A DNA stretch of 58,864 nucleotides, taken from assembly GCA_002633005.1 (NCBI GenBank), contig NMRA01000039.1:1308140-1367003 (forward strand). Reading direction: 5' to 3'. The position numbers were made by a program, and so were the translations under genes. The stretch comes from Phoronis australis (taxonomy: Eukaryota > Animalia > Phoronida). Position 1 is the stretch's first letter. Each line of letters starts with the position of its first letter. The notes below the pieces were generated by a model. It did no database searches, was not told the DNA's origin, and worked only from the letters and a program-made list of their open reading frames with translations. This document shows, piece after piece, positions 20,421-32,672 of this stretch.

Positions 20421-23400
20421 ATAAGACAAGACAAGATGTACAAGAGAAGGCATATAATCAAGGCTGGACACTGGTCTGGGCGTCCTTCCATATCAGTTCA
20501 CCATGAAAAATATACATGTACTGTATTTCGTCCAACTCGAGGTCACGGTATTGTCAAGGCCACCCGAAGGAGGGATCAGACCACACAAAACGTCATTACA
20601 GCGTTCTGTCGTTCAGTAACTTTTCCAGACGTGCGATAACATCTGGCTCTTTTGTTAACTGCCCAGCTCAGTCTTTTGTCCTGTATGATAACAAGCAGGC
20701 CAATTATCTCCCAGACTTCAAAGGAAACGTATGGTGGTTGCACCCTATTACCGAACGCGCATGAACACAGTTAAACTCAATGCGTCCGTTTGGACAAAAC
20801 AGATTGTCTTAACTTCTGTTGTAGTTGGGCGATTTTGGTGATTCAAAAACGGAACATGATGAGCAATTGACGAAGATTTCAGAAATGCTATTGGTTTAAG
20901 CTCAAATATGCTATGACTTAACTTTTACTTTTATCAGCCCAGCCCAGTCAGTCTACGATCTGATCGGAGATTAAAGCAATTATCGAACAAAAGAGCGCAG
21001 GCCCTCCAACCCCAAATGCCAGAATGGAGTTAATCCGTCGTGTAAGATATTGGCTACGGGGGTAAACTTCCCAACTTGTTGTTGGGCTTTAGAATCGAAC
21101 AAGTTGGGAGCAACAGGATGTCCACGTCATGTGTAGACAAATGACTCGATCGCGCACAGGGGAGCAGAAGCTAATACTGAATTATGAAGGTCGTTAAAAG
21201 CAAATGGATGTCATGTTTAATAAAACTTTTGTAAGTATTGTTTTTCAAAACTACACTTTGTTCATTGTGTATACACTATTTTTCACACTATGGTTTGACA
21301 ATGATGTCTAAGACCTCCTTCATGTTAGGTGTTACAACTGCAATGGATTATTAAGTCACGTGCATTCGTGTTACCGAAATATTATGTAATCGTGTTGAAA
21401 ATAAACACACAAAACGTACCGAGAGTGGTGTACATGAAGTAATATCCCAAGAGACATTATTCCGCGTATCAACCGAGACCGAAGCCGAAAAGTGACGTCG
21501 AAGTGTGTAAGCTATGAATCAAACTCTGTTAACGCCCACACGAGCAGCTGAACTTGGCAATGTTGCTTGATTACTCGAAGGTTAAACACAATACAGCTCT
21601 TCCAAGATACGCGCTTTTCAGTTTTGTGGCTATAGTGTAGGCCTATCTGATTTTGACGCCGGAGTTTCACTCGTGTGGCCGCCGTTGTCTCGGCACCTGC
21701 TGAATCTCCGCACTGGTCTATCAGTAGTTCCCGGAAATTGTTGTCTTTAAGATTTTTAATTATTTTTCATTTATTTCGACCTAATGGACAGCGTTTTGTT
21801 TCGTAGCAGTGAAACATTTTTGTTATTCATATACCCATAGGCTGGCGTTCAACTGAACTTCTCTATAAAACTGAGAGATTCGATCGGCACAGGAAAGGGC
21901 TCTGGATTACTGAAGTCAAAGCCTTGTTCCAACTGTTGTCACGAAAAAAATAAACAGTTGAATTACTTTTTGATGAGAACCTCTAGTATACACTTCGCCT
22001 GTAAAGTTAGAAAGAGCTCGTTTTGAATTTGTTGTAACGTGATATTTAGATTTATGAAGCTTTAAAACAGAATTTGAGATATTTTTGTAAATAGCCATTT
22101 TTTGCCACTAAGCCTACACCAGACTTACCATCTTTTGTAACCATACCACTGCTTAGTGTGATCATGCTACCTTTAACATTAACTGAAAACTACCTTTATG
22201 CAATGAAACTACAAAAATTCGAAGTTCACCAGAAGGTAGGCCTAACTTAAATGCCTTAAGGTGAAATTACTGCCAATTCCATGCATTAATTTGACTGGGA
22301 CATGGCCTAGACCTACCGGAGCTAACTGGTTGCCTAGGACGCGATGAGTGTGTACCAGAGTTATTAACCTGAGTTTTTTAATCAAAGTCTTTCGTTACAA
22401 GATTATAAAAGCGTAAACAGTGCTATCGACTCGACCTACTTACTCGGGGGGGTACCACCAGTTGTGACCTAATTTTCATTCGGCGGAATTTATCAGACGA
22501 CAGAATAAAAATATAGGTGAATCTTCCCTGATTTTGTTCGAAAAATCCTGAAATCTATGGCATCGTACAGAAAATTCGACTTTAAGGTACCTGAACATAT
22601 CGCATCAGTAGCCTTGTCATTTGTGAAGGTGAACCCCATATGGGGTTCTTCGGATATTCGCTGGCTCCGAAATATTCTTTATCGAATATTTATTTTTTCT
22701 TCGTCGCCTTTACAAATTCCCACACCATGAACGTATTTTTTGCTGAAAAGCATCGCCTGTTGCTTTTGTGGAAGCGTTTTCATACAGTGCAAAAACACTC
22801 ACCGATTCCACCAGGAACGCCATTTAGCGACAATGTGTTTGCTTTTGGCATGTTGTTAGTTTGTCGGGTGTCACGTGACTTTTCGCAAAGGGGCGGAGCT
22901 CGCGATAGGTCAATTGATCAAACGAATATCCACATTCAATATTCACAGAAATTGAACATAAATATTGGAATCGTGAGATACATGATTTGCTAGTGCAGAC
23001 GCACATTCAATCAAGAACAACATTGACACACATTTCTGGAATAAGATGACCCTTAAAGACTAACTTCAACGGAATTTTGTTGTTTTAGATGTATTGGGCT
23101 AACCAGATTGTCCTATTAAGGCTTTAGTAAAATAAGAAAACGAGGAATTCAATCACGCAAATGTAAGCTCGTCGAACGAGATGTGAAGCTGCTTTTTAGT
23201 GTCATGATGCGTCACCGCAAGTTCCCAGCACAAACAACAAAAGATTGTATTGAATAGGTGTCCGAATAGAACACCATTGCGCGCGGGTGTTATTCGCAGC
23301 TGATGAAATTAAAAGGTGATTCTCGCGGTGACGTAGACAAAAGCAAACCAATTAATAGGCCTAACGGATCGTTAAAACTGACAATTTATGGGACTAGTGG

Positions 23401-23622
23401 GCTCAGAAGGATGCTCTTAACATATTGTAGGATCCAAATTTAGAGGTGTTACCGTTGAAAATAGGCTTTAACCATTAGCAATAGCTCTTTAACGATTTGT
23501 ACTGTAAAGTTTAGACATTAATTTTCGTTATGCGTCACGGCTATCTACGCCAGTGAACATGGTTACCACTGCCCAACATGACAAAAAACAAAACAAAACG
23601 AGGCATTACTGTCTAAATTTCA

Positions 23623-23798
23623 AGGCCGCCACCGGGGAAGACAAGTTACACGGTGGTGCTCATAGTGTTTGGAGGGTTACTAACCGATTGATTACCATAA
23701 GCAAAGGCTTCATGATTCCGGCCACTGTATTTTTTCGCCCTCTTGCTATGAGCCTCAGTCCTACCGTAGAAGTTGTGACTTATGTCTCCCGGCGGTCT
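23623..23798. repeat. imperfect palindrome, probably a decayed MITE
   Basis: aggccgcc..gggaagacaagttacacggt..gctcatag versus ctatgagc..accgtagaagttgtgacttatgtctcccggcggtct. Confidence 0.55.
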
Positions 23799-24339
23799 AC
23801 CAGGCCTACGCCTGTTGCTTGATGAATATCTCTCGCTGATCAATGAGAGGACTAAATTTGCGTTTATGTTTTTTCTTTAAAACCGATGAAAAGAAATCTT
23901 GATCTTACTGTTAAACCCATTATTATACATGCTTGTCGTTTTGCAAAGTCTTGTCTTACGCAGAAGTTCGCGTTGATTACGGTGAAAACAGATTCGGATA
24001 ATTTGCTCATGTAGCCTTATAATTATCGTGCAAAACGGCACGAGTTACACTAATTTGTAAGAAATGAAGTTAAAACTTGGTGCCAAGGCATAAAGAAAAT
24101 GTTTGGATTTGCACCAAAACCCTAAGCTACTTTATCCTTAAGTTGTCAGACTGACCACCACCTGCAGGGCTAATCTCCGTCCGTGAGTCGTGACTGGCGG
24201 ACCGCACGTTCTGTATCTACTTAGTTGCATTGCCACCGCGCGGAGTAGTTTCCTAAGCTACTCCATTCGCGTTGCAAACTTTTTAACCTCCCTGTACACT
24301 GGCAAGGGTATAACAGGCTCGAACACACACTGTACTTCG

Positions 24340-24347
24340 TATAAAAG
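24340..24347 (+). promoter_or_regulatory. TATA box of the putative secreted-protein gene
   Basis: TATAAAAG, 62 bp upstream of the ATG at 24402. Confidence 0.55.
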
Positions 24348-24401
24348 ACTTATTTAGCATAAAACGTACGACTGGAGAGATTCGCCGTCGGTCATCGTGG
24401 T

Positions 24402-24508
24402 ATGATGTGGTCTTCTGTCTTCTTCTGCTTCATTGTGATGTTCGCGCTAGCACCGCACGTGAGAGGTGTAAAGCAGCGTGAGCCCGGATTTTTAGAGCAA
24501 TTAAAGAG
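24402..24508 (+). CDS. exon 1 of a putative 119-aa secreted protein (signal peptide)
   Basis: MMWSSVFFCFIVMFALAPHVRG-VKQREPGFLEQLK, with donor AG|gtaaga (phase 2). Confidence 0.62.
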
Positions 24509-24642
24509 GTAAGATAGGTAATCAGGACACGCCTGTTGCTCAGTCAAATAAGGTTCCCTAGTAGGCAAGACTCAGCATCGGTAATCGCACGGTAAAAGAA
24601 ATGTTGTATTGCACACTCAAAGATGCTGATAACCCGTTTCAG

Positions 24643-24895
24643 TGGTTCAAATTTTATTTGCCGTCCCCTGTCTAGTATTGCTGATGGGAAGAAAGATACA
24701 GGAAAGGATAACAGAACGCAGAGCATTGTGGTCCAGAATGAAGATATGGAGGAACTCCACTCGCCGAAGATTTGTTTTCTTGATAAGACGAAGAAGCAGA
24801 GCAAGTTCACCGGCTGTATCTCATCGCAAAGTAAGAGGATGCACTGTGTTCCAATTCCTAGTGCTCTTAAAAAAACATTCATGGTGCGCATGTAA
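24643..24895 (+). CDS. exon 2 of a putative 119-aa secreted 4-Cys protein
   Basis: Acceptor cccgtttcag|T is in phase with exon 1 and continues in ORF 24623-24895 (SGSNFICRP...KICFL...TGCIS...MHCVP...MVRM*). Confidence 0.62.
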
Positions 24896-26644
24896 TCGGA
24901 GCACCATAATCAGGACAACTTCTACTCAAATATTTCGCATGTAACACACATCCCGAATATTTATCCGCCCAGTCCGAAAACAAGAGAAACACTGGGTGTG
25001 TTGAAGACCGCAGGTGTTTTCAAGCAGGAACTTTTCAAAGTGTAACTTGCAATCTTACACATACATGTAGTTATCGCATTTGATAACCACTTCATCACTT
25101 ATTCGCATCTGTCCGTTGAAAATTATTCCATCTCCTATCATAAGTAAACATGCTGGTGATAGAAAAAAGTTTATTTTGGGACCGAACAACATCAACAACA
25201 GGTTGATCACTAGCGCAGATTTTAACATTTACGATGCATAAAATCGGCAAGCGCAAAGCTAGAATCGGTTTTCAGCGTCAACCGTGATCCATCCTTCTTC
25301 AGTGCTTGTCTTTCGGACTTCGTAAAAAGTTCTTTGTTTTTGAAGTTACAGCCTTCTAAGCGCTTCTGATTAGAAACACAATATTCCGTGTTTAGGGTGT
25401 TTACACCCATTGGTGCAACACTCTGCAAATAAAATCTTCGAAGTGACGGCCCCCTTGCAATGCTTTCTTTGCCATAGGGCCCACCACTGCACTAGCCCGG
25501 GGACACCACGACTCCAGGGGCCCCACGCTGATTCATGTCATGGTAAGAAGTCAAATAATACAAATTTTACGAGTTGGTGCCAGTCCCTGTAGCATGTCCT
25601 TCTTGTATAAATGGACGATCCAGGAAATTTATTGAATAACGAGCACGTAAAGCATTCAAATACATACATGTATAGGTAGGACCTGTTCTATACGGACACA
25701 TTCTCACCTACCACCACGGATTTACTAATGCGCAACAAGTAAGCTAAAGGAAGAGAGGTGCCAGCACAAAACGAGGACCTGCGCCCTGTACTCACAACAT
25801 TGTCGCACATTTAAAGACGCATGACGTTATTTTTAATTTAAAACTTTTGTCGATCAAACTTGTTCCAAGGCTCATATCTCATACGGAAAATTGAGCGTTG
25901 TAAGGCACTGGCACTGTGAATGCATGGGAGCACCCACCTAAGATTAATGGGGTGAGTACAGAGTCGCCGAATTTTGGTGGTTCCTGCCTTTTAAGTGCAC
26001 TTTTGTCTCGTTTTTAACTTTGTTTTTTCTGAGTTGTTTGTTTCTCTGAGATGGACTTTTTACCAACTTCGTCAAATGGCTCGTTCGATCCCCCGAGCCA
26101 CCCCTGCTTGGACGCATGGAATGTGACATTCTTTTTCGACACTAAATGCCTTTCCCGGCTTAGATTTGTTTGAAGCGGCAGTGTGGAAAGAGAGGCGAGG
26201 GACCCAGGTCCTCTCTATTTAGGTGTTTTAGGAGGGAGGTGTGCAAACGCACGTTTAAGGCGCCATGCACCGTTTTGGGGGGGGGGACAAATTAAAACGC
26301 AGTATGCTGCAGTTTTAAGGGTAGGGGTCGCATTCGTCCACTTGGTCATCTAGCTAATGGATGCCACACAGTCACTGTTTGCTTGTTCCTGTTTGAGACG
26401 CTAATGACTAGACATTTCACAATGTCGTTTACAACATTTTGTTTAAATTTGGTTTCGTGGAAGGTTAAAACAGTCGAAGTTGACGTGGTACGCTTTCAGT
26501 CATCAAATTGGACGACGTGGACATTCCAAAGTTTCAAAACATTGGATTTATGTTACGAATGTTTTTTGAGTCAGATTGTAAAGATCAGATTTTTAAAAAT
26601 TCGAATCATTGCAATTTGAGGGCAACAATGGCCAAGATATAACT

Positions 26645-26833
26645 TAATTGACATATCGCCATTTTGAGTGACGGCTGAACTGACCAATCTGAATGTAGAA
26701 TTCTTGACACACCTTCGTTTCCAAGCCGCCATTTTACCCGACGAACAAGACGTTTGCGGGTTAGGTGAAACTTAATGTTTGTTTGTCGACATTTCGCAAG
26801 GGGGCGGAGATTGCGATACATGTAGGTCAATTG
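26645..26833. mobile_element. MITE family D copy
   Basis: Homologous to 20241-20420; the right TIR carries a CATGTA insertion. Confidence 0.75.
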
Positions 26834-28273
26834 CGCACGCGCTACACGTAAAGCTTCCAAATGCCGACTATTAGAAGAAAAGCTTTGCGACATGTTCACA
26901 AAGAGGACCTGTTACATGGGACACGTTATGTTACCATCTATGTAAGCAATCCAGCAAGCGCACAAACCGTTGTCAAGCTGAAGCCCGTGCTTTATTATGC
27001 ACCTCAACTTGACACCTAAAAGTGACTAGTGAACGGTTCACATGCTGGCTAAAACGCTAGCAGCAAAAACGGGCCAATAATGTGAGCGGTCGCAAGGGTC
27101 TCTCTTGCTGGCGCTTTGCTAAAGGTTTGAATTACTCCAAAAGTGTTGGCTTTTTCGGTCCGTAGCACTTTTGTATCCAGACCACTTACTTCAAGGGGCA
27201 AACGTGTACTAGAGTTAAAGGCCTTTGTTGTATTATCACACGAATCAATTGATGTCAGATAGTGAACTCGTTTCGACACCACTCTTTATAAAAAAGCGAC
27301 TAGGGGATACTCAAACAAACTACTGCTGAAGAAAACCTATGCGCCAAGACAGCTTGTCTATCTGGCTATCTATGCAATCGTTTTCACACCTATGGACTGT
27401 ATTTTGATAACAGTATCAACTAGGGAACCAGAATGCGTCACAAAAGACGGCCTGTCAGTTATTTTCAGACTAAAGGACGCGCATCATGGGCCTTGTGTGC
27501 ATTCCGTAGACGGGAGAATTTTGCGAGAAGAGACATTACGTCGAGCGTTTTGTTTTATTAGAGTTGTGCACGTACGGTCGAGATATTCGCGCGGCTCAGA
27601 TTGGAATCGATTTTATGTGACATAAAGCATTTCGGCGAAATTTAATTCTAAGCATGGTTTTAAGTCAAGAAACGAGTCGATTGATAAAATATGAAAATAA
27701 ATATTTTTAAAGAACTCGTTACCCGCCAATCAACATAATGCTTGCGTTATTTATCCCTATGAACATGGCACGGGCCTTGACTGGCAAATCCCTAGGAAAT
27801 TTCTTTATAAATTGGATATTGGTGAAGGACTTCTACTATACTTAAAGGAATTCGCTGAAAACTAACTGAAAGCCCAAATTTTCCTTTGATAAAGTAGCAT
27901 TCAAATCAATTCTCGTATAGCTGAAGCATTTTATCATGGAGATAAAAAATACACACACATTATTTTTCTGTAATCTTTAATCACAACAGAAACTACTTCC
28001 GGTCGAAAGTTAAACCAAACTTGTGCACTAATTAAAACATAATCTTTATTTTGCATGTATTATGTGTAGGTCAATACAACAGAGAACACAAAACTTCTGG
28101 CATTTTAAAAATTCATAATAAATATGAATACAGCAAGCCACTGTGGATTGTTACGTCATACAGTTAGAGAAAACTTGTTGCGCTGCATCTTTCGAACGTT
28201 TGTTGTGACAAGTCTAAAACAGTCTCACATTGAAATTTTCAAAAACTGTTATCAAGATATTCCGTTTCTAATT

Positions 28274-28394
28274 ATGACTGAAATACAACAAGGCACTAGT
28301 CAAAATGACTAAAATACAACAAGGCAATAGTCAAAATGACTGAAATACAACAAGGCAATAGCCAAAATGACTGAAATACAACAAGGCAATAGTC
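28274..28394. repeat. minisatellite, ~4 copies of 31 bp
   Basis: Unit atgactgaaatacaacaaggcaatagtcaaa. Confidence 0.95.
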
Positions 28395-30995
28395 AGATGG
28401 TAACAAGAAAAACATGTAACGGAAAAATCAATCTTTATGGAATTTGACAACACGTTTCAGCTCATGGCTTGCAATTTTCACGCTCAGGTTTAACTTGACG
28501 TTTATCGTCCCTCTACCAACTTCTCTTCATATTAACAAATTTAAAACCAGTTTTTGTTTTTTTTCTTTCATTCGGCTGCAAAAATAATAAAATATGGTAA
28601 TGTTTTAGTTACCAGAAACTGCTTTACAAATGTAATTTGCGAATTGATGAAACAAAAGCGGTTTGTACAAAGGACCAGCATTTATGAGGGCATAACAATG
28701 TTTATGTGTGCGCGTTGCCTAGGTAACCAACATATATCACTGCAATATGTAGTTTCCAGGTTTAATTAATGAGTGAACACTGTTCACTTTTACCACTCAA
28801 AAGGCAAAATAAATGTGATAAATCAGTTGTTCATAACTAGTGTTATTTTATTTGCTAGCATAGTATTTATTGGTCAATTTATATCCTTCAAAAACTAATC
28901 CCCGCCTAAGCAGTTGAAGTCAACCGTGAGTCTTCTATTGTTTTCTCACTACGTGGGGGTGACCCAAATCCTGTACCCGAAAAGGAATGATTTCATGAAG
29001 CTCACCGGCGCATGACCCCGGGTCAGTGTCTGGTTATTGTCTCTACCACCGATAAATTTTCACGAACTTAATATTCATGAAGTCGCACAAATCTTGATGA
29101 ATGGTCCATAAATTATGGGTCTGCAGTCAAAAACTAACTTCGGATTCACACTGCCGATAAAATCTAGTCTCATTGTGTCTTACATTGGAAGAGAGTTCTG
29201 AGCTTGGAAAAGAGCTGACCGGTCCAGGGCAAGTCAAAATGTCGGGGCTGATGTCCAGCAATTGTCAATTCTTCTAAGACTCGGAAATCTCTATTACCTG
29301 AGAAAGGAATATTTTTATTGCGATAAGTGACCTAAATAAAATGTAGTTGCGTATAGCAGCTTTTGAACAATGATCGGAAATGTAATAAGGTTAATTTTAA
29401 GTCAAATTTTAAAGCCAACGTACATTGTGCTTTTCTTTTAAGGCCCACTGTGTAAATTGTCTCCCATGGTGGCGGCATTAAAATTTGGACAATATTTTAC
29501 TTTGTTTACTCTCGACATGTTGAAAAGTATTAACTATAATGTATTTACATGTACTAGGGTAGAAAACCGGGTGAAAATAAGCGAGCTATAGCCCCTTCTT
29601 TTTTCAATGCTACGCTGCCCATGCTTATACCAGAAATATGCGTCACGGTTGTTCTTGGTAGACATCAAGTCTGCACTAACTAATCACGTACACGCGATTC
29701 CAACGAATATGTTCAATATGTGGGAACATTGTACATGAATATTTTTCATGAAGCGTAGCGCAACAAATAACTAATTTGTCACTTGCATAGAAACCGTAAT
29801 TGCAAAATGAAATGCATTTGATTAAGACTTCCTCCTAATCTGTGTTTGCAAATTGTAGAACAAATAAAATGTTTTATAAGAAAAACTGTCCCACCAGGAT
29901 CTGTAGAAAACCAGATTGATATTTTCGTTATATTCAGGTGACATGAGAACAATATGCATTTAGTCATACTATTACAGTGTAGATAAGCCTGAAATATCTC
30001 CCAAATAAATCGAGTCAGGAAAATAATTTCAGTCAAACCTCTTTAATGATACCAACACGAAGATGTAAACCAATACACCGCAGCAAGGCATTGAGCAGTG
30101 TGTGTCATTCGCTACTAATTTACAGACTGCTACTTTCCAAAAGAACCCGATTCTGAGAAAAAAAATGATTTCTCTACCGCTGCAAAATCCAATTTCTAAT
30201 TATTGTAAACTAAGAAAATATCTATATGTTTCAAAAATGAAAATTAAGTGTTCTGTTTAATTTAATGAATCCAACCAGTTACTCGTGTATATTTTTCTAG
30301 TAATAGTTCTGAATAATTATACAGGTGAGCGTACATGGTGACGGACAGTAAATCACCGTTCAAAATAAAAACAGTAACATCGTGAATAAAATCCCCAATA
30401 GCGCCTACACCAAAACTGTTGGAAGGGAAAGTTAGCAGCATACGACAACTTAACAATTCATGACCCATACTTTTGTACAATTCATACAGAAATTTCAAAA
30501 ACTATGCGCGAGGTCTTAGCAGACGACGAATAATGCTGGCCGGTAGGCTACAACTTTCCGGCAGGGGCATCAATCTTACTGTTTTTCTACCCAGTTCACA
30601 TGAATTCATAGCACAATTAAATAGTGGATGAACTGCTAACGTGCCGCATTGCCAAGGGAACTATTTTTCACCTGTATTCGAACAATTCTGAACAGAATCG
30701 AGTTAACGCCGTCTTCCTACTGTCCACGGCCGCAGACGTGAACTCCCACCTGCACCTAAATTGGTAGCACTGCGCTTACAGGTGTATGTGAGAAGAATCA
30801 CCACGTATATCTCGTTAAACGGATGGTGGCCGAAGCAGTGCACTCGTGTATTGCCAAATGATACATGTTAGATTTTGTTTGCACTGTATGCAGAAAACGA
30901 TATAGCAAACTCTCATGCATGGAGCCAATGAATGCACAAAGGCTCATCTCTGCACTTCTGCCTGTACGTGGGAACTAGAAATTCACTAGCTTAAT

Positions 30996-31122
30996 CATGG
31001 GCGGCACATCATAGGGGGCTGGGAGGGGGGCTATAGCTACACCGCACATGGTCCATAGGTGGTGCACCACATGGGGCTAAGGGGGCTTTGGACCCAACTT
31101 TTTCAGTGCTGCGCCGCCCATG
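30996..31122. mobile_element. MITE family B copy
   Basis: catgggcggcac...gctgcgccgcccatg, homologous to 10308-10449. Confidence 0.7.
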
Positions 31123-32025
31123 CTTATACAGCGGGACCCTACTAGTAAAAGTTACATGGTCCGGGTTGCCTTCCATAAAGGCAAGACACTCGCAAATAAG
31201 GTTAATGATATCACGTGCTCCGTTAACATTGAGATATAACGCGAAAACTGACGTGATATTGCGTTATGGCGAGTGTCGTGCGGCTATCAACTGCAGCTCT
31301 GTACTGCGCTTGGGATCACAGGCACGCCCTCGTGTTGATAAACTACTTTCCGCTCTCGATCTTTTCAAAAGTTAAAAACAGGGACTTTGCGTCGTTATCA
31401 CCACCGGGACAATAATGAGTAGCCCATCGGAGTACCTCCGAAGTGTTTTGTAGTGTGAAGAGTGTAATATAGACTCTATTCATGCCGGCCCACAGGAGGC
31501 GCGTTCCAAAACGAGGCTCGCTACAATAGCTCTGGTGGCTTATCCGCGTAGTTGTACTCCGCGTTGCTCGAACAGCTAGAAAAAATACGGACACTCAACT
31601 GTCTGTTTTACAATACTTAAGGACGTTTGGGATTCGGAAGCGTTGGGTCTTTGCGACGAAGGAAAATATGTCCCTGTAAAATTTATGACTGTTTTCGAAT
31701 CACTGATAATTTGTCGCATCTTGGATGCCATCATAGCAACGAGGACCCGTGACCGGAGAATCTTCGGCTAGCTAGGCTGTGTTTTCATGACTATGGGTTG
31801 AAGCGCGATGCATTTTTCTTTGCAAAAAGGACAGGGCCCTCAATCCCTCAATTTTGGGGCCAAATATCGGCCCCTATTCCCCTCTCAAAAATATTGAAAA
31901 GTCACGCGAAATTCCCGGCCCCACGAGGCCTAAAAATTCCCCTTAGTGATTGACTTGAAATTTCTCTCCAACGGTTCAAATCACCTGTGACCACAGAGGC
32001 GACAATTTGAAAAAGTACAAACTCG

Positions 32026-32320
32026 TAGGCGGATTTAGGGGGGGGGGGGGGCNCCCCCCCCCCCTTGACTGCCGCAAGCAAAATAAACCAGCAAACGTGA
32101 AGCGGGACGAAATACTGAGTTCGAGCTAGGACCACGGTAGCGGACGAGGGAGAGAACACGTTCCGTTTTTTTTGTCCAACGACAGATTTCCTGAGCAGAA
32201 GGTATACATCCTCGACGCCCGCAACTTCTGGACCGCCTGCCTTGCGTGCATACAATCGCGCTTTGCCCGGCGTTTTCGAGGATGTCGGGCCCCCCTCATG
32301 GTATCCTAGATCAGCCACTG
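32026..32320. mobile_element. family-A-related GC-rich MITE
   Basis: Ends ggcggatttaggggg... and ...tcctagatcagccactg. Confidence 0.5.
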
Positions 32321-32517
32321 AAAATACTACTTGAGACAGAGTTATGAGAGCTTGCAACAGGGCGGGATGCTATTGGTGGTGATCGGGAGGTCAGTAGATT
32401 TTTCACTGACCTGTCACTCGGCGAAACGTTTCCCTCTCAGAAGGCCGCACACTGGCAGGCACCTTTCCCTAGGATATGAACGAGGGCTCTGAAGAAACAT
32501 GATAACTATGCTTGTTC

Positions 32518-32672
32518 CAGAGGGGATCCAGGACTTTGAGTTTGGGGGGCAAGGCAGAGTATTATCCAGGATTTTGCCCGTCAGACATACGCGCTCCTGA
32601 ACTGCCAAATGGAATCTGGGAGAATTTTAGGGGGGGCATGGCCCCTTTGGCTCCCCTCTAAATCCGCCCCTG
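32518..32672 (-). mobile_element. MITE family A copy
   Basis: Reverse-complement homolog of 4232-4389; TSD tgttc/tgttt. Confidence 0.8.

Larger units (their letters stand above)
19287..21467. mobile_element. non-autonomous TIR element containing nested insertions
   Basis: acgcggaataatgtctc...ctcggtacgttttgtgt is inverted at 21405-21467. Its segment ~20595-21120 recurs at ~48510-48920 (+) and ~50178-50738 (-). Confidence 0.6.

Noticed and set aside
27842-30047. Kolobok-like element (TTAA-AGG...CT-TTAA)
   Set aside because: The terminal match is too short and degenerate to support boundaries.
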